DNA of 64,000 bases from Paraspadella gotoi. Its lineage: Eukaryota; Animalia; Chaetognatha. Every line of letters starts with the position of its first letter. Within the stretch, counting starts at the first letter, position 1. The notes beneath the pieces are model-generated. The model saw only the letters and a list, made by a program, of their open reading frames with translations. It was not told the DNA's origin and searched no databases. This document shows, one piece after another, positions 27,401 through 38,591 of this stretch. Location of the stretch: positions 7,109,973 to 7,173,972 of the forward strand of contig JBJCIZ010000239.1 of the NCBI GenBank assembly GCA_051294375.1, in the 5' to 3' direction. A program made the position numbers and the translations under genes.

Positions 27401-28274
27401 CCCCTTCTCCCCATATATCATTTCTGTATCCACTCTTCTCTCTCTCCCTGCAAACTTTTTTTTTCCACTCATTGCTCTCTCTTATCTCTTATCTTTTTCT
27501 CACATTCTCACTCATTTTTTGCTTTTATATAAACTGGATTCATAAAAATCTTTTAAAAATTTTATTGTAAACAATGATGACTCTTTCTCATCGCTGGGCG
27601 ACAAAAGACCTTCCAGCTGTAAGACTGCGGGTTCTAGAGCCAGCTGCAAGCAGGAAAGAAGGGCGACCAGGCCCGCCTCCTCAGCGAGGAGAGAGAGAGG
27701 CAAAGCTGGCTAGGAATGACAGGTCTTCGTCGCACATTAAGGGGTCTCGCATTCCCAACCTCACCCCAGTCGCAGGCAATGACCCATCCAATGACCAGCT
27801 CCAATCTTGCTCCACTGGACCTCAACTGACGGCCCTAAAAGGGAGGGGGCCAGCTCACTTTGAGGTCTTTTCTTTTTCTTTTTCTTTCACAAAACTTCAA
27901 ATTTCCCTTTCATTTTTCAAATACTAAACTATAAATTATTCAAGTTAGTTGTTATTAATTTTATTTACTCCTACTATCCATTTAGTTATAAATTTATTTT
28001 TGGTTATACATTGTTCAAATGTAAAGTATAATTTATTACCTCTGCATTTTCTTCTCTCACCTTTTATTTCCTTTCCCCCATGTCTCTCTCTATCTCCTAT
28101 GTTGGTTATCACTTCTCCTCTCAATTCTTTATTGGAAGCTTTTATCCCTCCTGAATTCACTCTCTCTCTCTCTCTCTCTTCTCTCTCCCTCACTTTCTTT
28201 GTCTTCTCTCTCCCACTCTCTCTCTCTCAATGCTATCCTGCCCCAAAACTTTTTGTAATTTCAAAATGTAAATT

Positions 28275-28318
28275 TGCATCTGATGAAGAACGGAACACGT
28301 TCGGAAAACATGTTTGCA
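28275..28318 (+). ncRNA. Minimal type I hammerhead ribozyme motif (Penelope-like element pLTR)
   Basis: TGCA(T)-CTGATGA-A-GAACG/gaaca/CGTTC-(G)GAAA(A)C-ATGTT-TGCA: core, stem II, palindromic helix III AACATGTT and palindromic stem I; AATAAA just downstream. Confidence 0.7.
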
Positions 28319-30876
28319 TTTAATTTAATAAATAAACTCGTTTGTTTGAAAATAAATTGTACCTAAATCTATTTACGCAACGAAAGGAAGCGAAATCCAA
28401 TTCAAGATGTATTGTAAGAAAAAAAAATCTGTGGTACGCGTTCATGATTCTTATTCAAAGTTTGGTTGCCTAGCATGATTTAAAAAATCGACCAGAATTT
28501 TGAGGAAATTTTTCCGCAAAAAAAGCTGTCGATTGAGAGAAATTAATTTCCTGGGACGCTTCCCCTTTCAATAAAAGAAGGCGGTTTTTTTTTTTTTAAT
28601 TTTTCACTCTTTAGTGTGGTTTCTCATTTATTAAAACTATAAAATAAGTCAAAAATCGAGCTTTAGTCTTCAAATAAAACGCTCCTAACAAATCCTCACA
28701 AATTAAAAGTAGGCTTAAAAATTGTTTTGCAGCAAAAGTATTAAATTTTTGCCCTAATTTTTTAGGGTACCAGAATAACCGTGATAGGTGAATAATTTTA
28801 TTAGAATTGTGGACATTTTGATAGTATTTTCGTTTAACAACTTGTAATTAAATTTAACTCAATATTGTTGGTAATATTCTAGCAATATTGCAAAAAAAGG
28901 GGTTTTTTTGTCTGAATTCCTCGATAGGAAAATTCCACTGCCAGGATAAGCGGCTCGATTGAAGTAATCAGTTCATTCTCTCGCGGAAGCTCAATTCACC
29001 GTTCCATCAATTTCCTCTGTTTTCAAGAGAAGATTGAGAGAGATTCAGAGAGAGAGATGAGAGAAGAGAGAAAGAAGAAGAGAGAGAGGAGAGAGAGAGA
29101 GAGGATTTTATGCTTTGAAAATCTTCGCCTAAGAAATTTGTAGAATAAATAAGGATCGGAATTTCAAATTTTCAAAAAGAGTCTGTTTGTTTGTCCTTGT
29201 CAAAATTTTTTTTCTTCTCTCTCTCTCCTCTCTATCTCTCTCTCTCTCTTTCCTTTTTCACTATTTCTCTCCTTCCCAGATCAAACTCTCAGTTTCCGAT
29301 TATCAACGCTCTCGCCCCTCTCTTTCATCAATTTTTATGAAATTATTTTTTTCTATATTTTTTTTTATGAATCGAGAATTTTTGGTTAAAAATTCTGTGA
29401 TTTACAAATTGTAAAAAACTAAGAAACGAGTTAATTTCTTTCAAGGGTTAAAAAAAAAATTCAACGATTAAACATGACTCCATCAATACGTCAACAACGT
29501 CACCAACTCGTTGGTCGTCTTGAGCAACGGCGACTCCAGAAATCGCGAATCCGCCAAAATTTAATTAAACGAGAATAGATGATGAGGATTACCGATTCAG
29601 CGCCGCGGCAGGAGCAGCTGGACCCCGGCGACCCGTAGCAGCGGCTAGCCGGGCAGCAGCATTGGGTTGTTATATGTTATGTGTTCGAATTCCAAATTTT
29701 TTTTCGTCGAATCCGAAGAATTACTGAGAAGATTGAAAAAAATAGGATTGTATTGGAGAGGATTTAGAGATTTGTGAAAGAAGAAAGCAGAAGGGAAAGT
29801 GGAGAAAACAAGAGAGAAGAAGACACAGACGCTTTCACTAGAAAAGTTTCTCTTTTCTTTTTGTTTTCTTCTGTTTTTACCTTGCCTTTCTTCATCTATT
29901 TACTAGAGTCATCTCAAGTCTTTGTATTCTTTTTCGTCTTTTTTCCTTCTGTTTTTTCTTCATTTTTCTTTGAAACTTTACTACTCACTTACGCTCGTTT
30001 TCTTCTTTAAAAGAGATAATTACTTTTTAGTTACTTTCTTCATTTTTTCTTTCTCTTCTCTCCTCTCTCTCTTACTTATTCGCTGTTCAATATCTCTCTC
30101 TTTCATCTCTCTCTCTCTCATCTCTCTTCGATCTCTCCTCTCTCTCTTCTCTACTCAATCTCTCTCTCTCTCTCTCTCTCCTCCCGGTGAAGCTCGAACT
30201 CAATATTCAAAAAACGTCATCCCAAGCGCGGAGTCATCCTTTCCTCTCTGCTTCTCTCTCTCTCTCTCGTCTCTCCTCTCTCTCTTCTTCATCTTCTCTC
30301 TCTCTCTGCTGTCTCTCTGTGTCTCTCCTCTCTGTTCTTCTCTCTGTCTCTTCTCTCCTCCTCCCTCCCCTCCCTTTCCTTCTTTCCCCACCTTCTGGTT
30401 TCAAGTTCACGTGACCGTGGGTCGCTCTCTAATATTTTAACAAAAGGTTTCTCCCTCCGGCGTCGCCCGGTCGGTAAAACCTAAAAAATGGAGGAGGAGG
30501 GAGAGAGATAAAAAGAAGGAGAGGAGAAGAAGGGTAAAAGTCGAAAGAAGAAGGAGAAGTGTATGAAAAAGAACAGAGGAATTAAGGGAATTTCAAAAAT
30601 ATATCTCAAAAAACGTTTTTAAACAATTTTTATTAATTGCCGGTAATTATAGTTTGTTGGTAGTAAAGCTTAAAGTGACTAATCGTTTGCAGCGATAAGA
30701 ATATTTAAATGATATTTGACATTGAACGATTCTCAGATACGAACAACAAAAAATTATCAATTGTGCCCCGACTGAAGAAAAGAACCTACCTTAAGTGCAC
30801 ATGTCCGCCATGTCCGCCTGTTACATGTTTCAATCCATGTTCTGAAGATCCGTCGTCCAACAAAGATGTTTTCCGT

Positions 30877-31503
30877 TTAATGTCACAACTAATTAAGAAC
30901 AATGTTTTTAATTTTAAACTCAAAATTCTTTGACTTATAATAAAGAAATGTTTTGCCTTAAGTCACAACTAATTAAGAACAATGTTTTAATTAAACTTGA
31001 AATTCTTTGACTTTTAATAAAGAATGTTTTAGACTTTAATCCGTCAAAAACCAACTAATTAAACAATCGTTTTTAATTTAACTCAAAAATTCTTTGACTT
31101 TAATAAAGAAATGTTTTGCGTTAATGTCACAAACTAATTAAGAACAATGTTTTAATTTTTAAAACTCAAAATTCTTTTGACTTTAATAAAGAATGTTTTG
31201 CCTTAATGGTCAACATTTTAATTAAGAACAATGTTTTTTAATTTTAAACTCAAAATTCTTGACTTTTGATAAAAGAATTGTTTTTGCTTAATGTTCACAA
31301 CTAATTAAGAACAATGTTTTTTAATTTTAAACCCAAAATTCTTTGACTTTTAATAAAGAATGTTTTGCCTTAATGTCACAAACTAATTAAGAACAATGTT
31401 TTTAATTTCTAAACTCAAAATTCTTTGACTTTATAAAGAATGTTTTGCCTTAATGTCACAACTAATTAAGAACAATGTTTTTAACTTTTAAACTCAAAAT
31501 TCT
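30877..31503 (+). repeat. AT-rich tandem repeat, ~80-bp unit, ~8 copies
   Basis: Unit TTAATGTCACAACTAATTAAGAACAATGTTTTTAATTTTAAACTCAAAATTCTTTGACTTTAATAAAGAATGTTTTGCC starting ~30877, 30958, 31036, 31121, 31203, 31288, 31370, 31450. Confidence 0.95.
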
Positions 31504-32266
31504 ACAAAAAAGAGTTATACAGAAAGCGAGAAAGTCCATAATTTATGTAGAATTCGTCGCTAGGAAGTTCGTCCCTTCGGTCGTTAGCCTTCGGCCCATT
31601 TTAATAAACAGCTCGATTAAAGTTTATCTGTCGTCGACGACTTATTTTTCTCACTCTTTTTTTTTGCCACATTTCCGAGAGAATCGCCCACATTTTCACT
31701 GTCATCGAAATAACCGTTAAAATCGAAAAAAATTTATAATAATTTACATTCAGATAGCTAACGCGTGTTATTCTTGGAAATTGTAATGGTTCTGTTTGTA
31801 ATTTTTTAATACTTCCAAAAAGCTACAAATATGTTTCATCTATTTTTACGGTTCCTATTTACGTTATCCAATTTTTTTGCTCTCAAATTCGGTAACCACG
31901 AAAGTTTAAAGAGGAAAATTTGATTTAATACAGAGTTAAGTGGAGGAATTTTTTAAAATACTAAACATACGTTTACATTTACTAAATTTTATTAAATAAT
32001 TAAACTATTTCAAACGAAAAAGGTTTAGATTTTCTTATAAATTTATGATAGTTAAAGGCTAAAAGAGTGTAACAGAAAAGAAATTCAATAAAAAGTTTTT
32101 TAAATTTTTTTTTACCAAAAAATGTGAATTAACTTTTTTTTTTCAAATAACAATTCTAGGCGAGAATCTCGCTTAAATAAATTCAACATTTTTCTATTGT
32201 GATAATGCCATTGTTGTTTTGAATAGTATTAAGAAAAAACGAAATTTTTTTCGCGATTAACATTTA

Positions 32267-33079
32267 TTTTTAGTCGGATCTGCTTTCAGCAGATCCCGAC
32301 TACTATAATCACTTTTGTCGGTCCGTCGAGTTCCGCGACCCCTCAAATCTTGTCGGGCATCACTTATATCATGTCAGAAATATCGAATTATGATTAAATT
32401 ATGCCAAAAAAAACGATGTCCGTCCGTCCGTCCGTCCGTCCGTCCGTCCGTCCCACCTTACAAAAAACACCAATTACTCGTTGATTGGATGGATGGATTG
32501 GAATGAAATTTTATGGTGGGTAGGGAAGTGTATGATTGGCTAGATTATTTGAAGTTTATTGATGGAATCGTGAGACCGAGTGGAAATGAGTTTAAATGGG
32601 AGAAAAACCAAAAATATATTTCGACTAATATATGAACACCAATTTACTCAAGACAGTGGATGGAGCAGCAATTTTGACTTTGATAATTGTAATTGGTATG
32701 GATAGATTAAGAGGTGTGTGATTTAAACTGGGAATAAAGTTTCGTTGAGTGGAAATGAGTTAAATGGGAAAAACAAAGAGACCTGTTCACTAATTAATTA
32801 TGCTTACTTTTTTTTTCTTTTATGCTTAAATTGTTTAACATGCAAGATGTATTATATTAATCAAATAATTAATTATCACATAATTTAATCAAGTCAAAAA
32901 CCAAAACATTTGCATCATATAATATGCAATAATAATACATTAAAATTAATTAAAATACTTAACTTGAATAACATTTAATATTAATAAATTAATAATTAAT
33001 TAATTATTAATTAATTATAATTAATTAATTACCGATAATATCGTGGGCAGATCCGACATTGTTTTGCTCAAACTTGTTT
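32267..33079 (+). mobile_element. Helentron-associated interspersed element (HINE/DINE-1-like), apparently complete
   Basis: TTTTTAGTCGGATCTGC 5' end folding back on GCAGATCCCGACT, (GTCC)n microsatellite at ~32418-32452, subterminal inverted copy GCAGATCCGAC at 33047-33057 and CTTGTTT end. Confidence 0.75.
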
Positions 33080-33660
33080 ATGTAATGGACAAGTTTCGAA
33101 CTCTAGTTTTATCTTTCATCAGCATTGAAAACAGACACTTTCACAAACTTTTATATTGGTTTTTAAGGGGAGAGAAGAGAGGGAGGGAGATATTGAGACG
33201 AGAGAGAGAGAGAATGAGAGAGAGAGAGAGAGCAGAGGAGAGAGAGAGAGGCAGAAAGAAGAGTTGAGAGATGTTTCCAACAAAGAAATTGGAGTAAAGA
33301 AAAGTGCGTCAGATGCTTAGGACAGATTGAAAGTTGAGGGAAGGGAAGGAGAGTGAGTGAATGAGATTGGTGAAAAAAAAGAGAGAGGAGAGAGCGAGAT
33401 GAGAGAGACTTGGCGGATGGATCGGGAATTTCGCAGTGGTCTCCATGGACTGAGGCGGCGACTGAGCTTCCTATGGGGATTGCTGGGTCGCGTGCTACAT
33501 TAACACCCAATAACAATAAAAGTTATACATACAGAGCTCTTCCGGGTTACGGCTATGAATGCCGGAACGCTAGAGTGCCTTTTAAAAGATGAATAGGTTT
33601 TGTTATAGGGTATTAATTCTTAATATGAGAGAAGAGTGGAAGAGAGAGAGGAGAGAGGAA

Positions 33661-33704
<44 letters not shown>

Positions 33705-33865
33705 GAGATAAGTGATGAACTTCCTTCCTTATTTTCTTTCTTGACAAATTTCTAAGTAGACAAAAAAAAGAGTAAGTAAAAAAGAAAAAATCAAAACAAG
33801 AGAAAACACGATTTCGCAAAGCACTTATTGTTTTTTTTCCTTCCTTCCTTTTCCCCTCTCTCTCG

Positions 33866-33899
<34 letters not shown>

Positions 33900-33903
33900 C
33901 TCG

Positions 33904-33935
<32 letters not shown>

Positions 33936-34384
33936 TCTCTTGTTTCTCTCTCCTTCTCTCTCTCATATTCCATTATGTAAACTTTATATTGTTTTTTTGT
34001 ACCACTCTTATAAACAATACGTATTGTTAATGCTGTTTAACTGTTAACTGCTGCACAATTATTGAGCATTAAATTCAAATCTTTTTCTCTTTCCCTCCCA
34101 ATCTCTCTCTCTCCCCTTCTTGTCTCCACCTCTTTCTCTCTTCCCCTCCCTCTCTCCTCCCCCTTCTCCCTCTCTCTCTCCCTCTCTATTGTTTCGGGGA
34201 ATTGGTTCTATCTCCTTCANNNNNNNNNNNNNNNNNNNNNNNNNTCTCCTCCGAAAAGAGGAAACAAAAGCTTCTACTCTTTTTTGACAAATGGTTTTTC
34301 TTCTTCGAGTTTATTCTCAAAAACTCTCGCGACTTTTCTCGCTTTTTCTTATTTTCCATTCCTTCATCCTTTCTTCCCTCGAAC

Positions 34385-34610
34385 GCCTTATTTTCTCAGA
34401 ACGCCCCATTTCATCTTAAATTCAAAATAAATTTTAGGGTTAGAAATTTAGGATAAGTGGGCTAGGGTTTCAAGATTTGGCCACTGGTCAGGGTTAGGGA
34501 TTAGGGTTTGGAATTAAGTTTTAAAATATGCTATTTAGTTTATGTTTTAAAATTAAAACTAATATTTGGGTTAAAGGAAAAGAAATGTAGCACTCTCGGA
34601 AAAGAGAGCC
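34385..34610. mobile_element. MITE with imperfect GGC-terminal TIRs and a degenerate (TTAGGG)n interior
   Basis: Left GCCTTATTTTCTCAGAACGCCCCATTTC, right GAAATGTAGCACTCTCGGAAAAGAGAGCC; related ends at 14730-14753, 35300-35330, 37238-37267, ~47770-47805. Confidence 0.55.
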
Positions 34611-37600
34611 CTTTCAAATACATCCTCTTTCTTTCCTCTTCCCTCCGACGCCGATTCATTTCCTTGTTTCCTTTTTTGTTCCTTTTCCTTTTCACGTTTC
34701 CTTTTCATCTATTTTCCTTTTTTTCACATTCCTTTTCCTTCTCTCTTTTTCCTTCCTTTTATTATTTTTCTCTCCTGCCGCCGTTTTTTCCTCCGTCTTT
34801 TTTTCTTCCTTTTCTTTCCTTTCTTTCAATTCTATTCTATCTTTCCTCCCTTTCTCCTTTTATTCCTCCTTCTCCCTTCACTTCTCTCTTTTTACTTTCC
34901 TTCCCGTTCCTCCTTCTCCGCCNNNNNNNNNNNNNNNNNNNNNNNNNNNNNNNNNNNNNNNNNNNNNNNNNNNNNNNNNNNNNNNNNNNNNNNNNNNNNN
35001 NNNNNNNNNNNNNNNNNNNNNNNNNNNNNNNNNNNNNNNNNNNNNNNNNNNNNNNNNNNNNNNNNNNNNNNNNNNNNNNNNNNNNNNNNNNNNNNNNNNN
35101 NNNNNNNNNNNNNNNNNNNNNNNNNNNNNNNNNNNNNNNNNNNNNNNAACGAGCCGTAATCACAAAAGTTGACAGGCAAGATTCTCCTTTAGTTTTCCTT
35201 TATATTCCTTTATTTTCCTTTTCTCTTCACAAAAAAGAAAAAAAATTCTCAAATCTTCTATTTGGTTTGAACCAAATTAACCGAAGATTTTTTTTCTTGG
35301 GCTCTCTTTTCCGAAAGAGCTCCATTTCAGCTTTTTAATTCCTGAATGTTGACTCAAACATTTAACTCTAATCTATTACCATACCCTTAATATATACCCC
35401 TAATCCTAATCTACCCCTTATGTTAAACCCAAATTCCTAACCATAGTAATTACAAACACGATCTTTAACCCTGCTCCCGAACCTTACTCATTAACTTGGC
35501 ATACGGGGAAAATAATGTCCCCTTTTTTATGAGAGCTATCATGACTCTCCACTTCATCCTCCCTTTAAGCCTTCCTACCTTTCCACTCCCTCTTCCTCCC
35601 TCTTTTTCGCCGATCCCTTTTCCTCTCCCTCCACTCTCTCTAGAATCTCATACTGAGTGTAACCGGTGTCTGCACATCGCCTCGCGACAGAGATTCTCGC
35701 CCCCCCCTCGTAACGGCTCCTCCCCTCCTCGGACTTTTATTTCTTTTCCTTCTTCCCAGTGGCGAAAGAGCGTCGAAAAAATTAGAGCGACGGAAACTCT
35801 TCAAAATTTTAAAAACAGACAGTGAGAGAAGAGTGGAGAGGGCTCTAAACGCCACTAAAATTAGCCGGTGGCGAGATAAGGAGAGAGAGAGTCGAGCAGA
35901 GAGAGAGAGATTGAGAGAGAGATGAGAGGAGAAGAGGGAGACGAGAGAGAGAGAGAGAGGAAAGAGAGAGAACGACGAAGGGACGAGACCGAGCGAGAGA
36001 GACACAGGCGTAACTGTTTTCACGATCATCCGCCACTGCGATCATGAGTGAGGAGAAATAAGGTTTAGACTGAAACAGAACAAAGTGGGTTAAATCTCTC
36101 TCTTCCGGCCTACCCTCAAAAATGATAAATGGGACAAGAGAGAGAGAGAGAGATGACGAAGAGAGAGAGAGATGAGAGACTGAGAGTGAGAGAGCAGAGA
36201 GAGAGACGAGAGAGAGAGAGAGCCNNNNNNNNNNNNNNNNNNNNNNNNNNNNNNNNNNNNNNNNNNNNNNNNNNNNNNNNNNNNNNNNNNNNNNNNNNNN
36301 NNNNNNNNNNNNNNNNNNNNNNNNNNNNNNNNNNNNNNNNNNNNNNNNNNNNNNNNNNNNNNNNNNNNNNNNNNNNNNNNNNNNNNNNNNNNNNNNNNNN
36401 NNNNNNNNNNNNNNNNNNNNNNNNNNNNNNNNNNNNNNNNNNNNNNNNNNNNNNNNNNNNNNNNNNNNNNNNNNNNNNNNNNNNNNNNNNNNNNNNNNNN
36501 NNNNNNNNNNNNNNNNNNNNNNNNNNNNNNNNNNNNNNNNNNNNNNNNNNNNNNNNNNNNNNNNNNNNNNNNNNNNNNNNNNNNNNNNNNNNNNNNNNNN
36601 NNNNNNNNNNNNNNNNNNNNNNNNNNNNNNNNNNNNNNNNNNGCCTAAAATAGAGACAAACCCCCACAACGAGTCAGATTCTATCGGAGGTTTCTGAGAC
36701 ACAAACTTCTCATTCAGATTGACAAACAGCTTGAATAAGAAGGAAAAAAGGAAGAATAGTGGGAAAAAAGGAAAAGGGGAGGAAAGCAAAAAGGGGAAAA
36801 GGGGAGGGAAAAAAAGGAAAAGAGGGAAAGAAAGAAAATAAGGATAAGGGGAGAAAAGAAAGGAAAAAAAGAAAAGAGGAGGAAAGAAAAAAGGAAAAGG
36901 GAGAAAAAAAGAAAAGGGGAGGAAAGAAATGAAAAAAGAAAAAGGAGACGAAAGAAAAAAAGAAAAGGGGAGGGGAAAAAAAGGAGAGGGAAAAAAAGGA
37001 AAAAAGGAGGAAAAAAAAAGAAAACTTTAATCGCCAATCCTTATCCGTAATCCCTAACCCTAATCCTTTAACTTTAATCGCCAATCCTAATCCCTAATCC
37101 TTAATCCCTAATCCATAACCCTAATCCCCAACCTTATTTTCTGACCCAAATTCTTAACAAAAACTCAAATTACAAATCTAATCTCTAATACAAAACCTAA
37201 TCACTTACCTTAGACTATCTAAATTCTAAATTTAATCTGAAATAGGGCCATTTCGGAAAATATGGCCAAATACAATTTTAGTTTACCATGCTACGAAATC
37301 TTTTTGCCTCGGAAGATGAAACAAATATCGCATTGAATTGCTTACCTCTTACCAATCAGAACTTTGCTTACTAGACCAGGTGCGAAACAAACTTTTCGAG
37401 AGGAAATGCAAAACCAGAGAAAAAGAGAGAGAGAAGAGGAGAGAGAGAGAGAGACGAGAAGAGAGAGGAGAAAGAAGTTCGAGTTTTTTAAAAAGAGATA
37501 GAGAGAAAAAAAAGGAGCCGGTGAGAGAGAAGAGAGAAAAAAGAGGAGAGAGAGAAGAGAGAGAGAGAGAGACGAGAGAGGAGGAGAGGAGAGCAGACGA

Positions 37601-38043
37601 GGAGGATGAGAGAGACGGCAGAGGAGAGACTCCGCGCGAGAGGAGAGCAGACGAGAGAAAGTGAGTTTTAAAAAAGAGACTCAGAGCAGAAACAAAAGGA
37701 GGTTGAGAGCAGAAGAGAGAAAAAGAGATGAGAGAGAAGAGAGAGACGAGGAGACCGAGAGAGGAAATGAGAGAAGAATAGAAAGTGACGCTTTTTAAAA
37801 AGAGTAGAGAGAAAAAAGGAGGTGAGCAGAGACGCGCGCAACAGAAAGAGAGAGAAAGATAGAGAGAGGAGTTAAGAGTTTAAAAAACGTCCTTTGAATT
37901 TTTGAAATCAGCATCGCACACCTATCATCTGCATTTCTGGATTGCCGCAAGCTAATGACCCCCGGTCCGCCGATGCTTTGTGAATAAGGAAGAGACGAGG
38001 AAGAGAGAGAGGAGACGAGATGAGAGGGAGGTGCGAGACATAC

Positions 38044-38345
38044 CCGAGGAGCGAGTCGACGGGGAGCCGGCGGCTTGCTTCCACAGACTGCGGGCGGGCC
38101 ATCCTGCTGCAGCAATCGCCGCCCGCGATGCTTCTTAGACCCACAACAACGAACTACCGGAGCGGGATGAGCGCGAGACCGTCCTCTGCGGGTAATCCAG
38201 CTGCCGTGGAAGCGCTTTGCCGACTGTGGCCTTTGCTCGCTGCACCGCCTTTGCTGCAAAATGCTGCCTTGGCAACGTGACGCCAGTCCGTTCTTAACAG
38301 CCCGCCCAGCGATCACGATCATTTCGTCTTCCTCTCACATCGAAG
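38044..38345 (-). CDS. Candidate exon, ZP-N-like (LRC(E)EDEMIVIAG..C..LIPL..CGSK..)
   Basis: Long polypyrimidine tract upstream (no clean AG), donor GG|GTATGT at 38043, GC-rich; CxxDxMxV start and PLxxCG resemble ZP-N; needs frameshift correction. Confidence 0.4.
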
Positions 38346-38518
38346 TTGGAAAAAGAAAAAAAAAAAGAAGAAAAATAATTCTGCCGATCCTTCGTTAGTA
38401 CCGACAGCACACACAGGTTTAAATTCCGGCCAGACATACGATTCATATTTTTTTCTTACCTTTCGAGACGCGGTCACGCAGTTTGCCGGATTTTTGATAA
38501 CACGCATCTACTCTCTCT

Positions 38519-38591
<73 letters not shown>

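Larger units (their letters stand above)
14836..30191. repeat. Large inverted duplication: left arm ~14836-22671, spacer ~22672-22855, right arm ~22856-30191
   Basis: Colinear reverse-complement matches along the whole length, e.g. 15340-15520 vs 29480-29670, 17540-17820 vs 27570-27860, 19660-20080 vs 25330-25750, 22607-22671 vs 22856-22921; outer ends CTCACCGGGAG / CTCCCGGTGA. Confidence 0.95.

Noticed and set aside
37030-37210. True telomere or fusion site
   Set aside because: The tract is short, degenerate and bounded by a dispersed TIR-like end.
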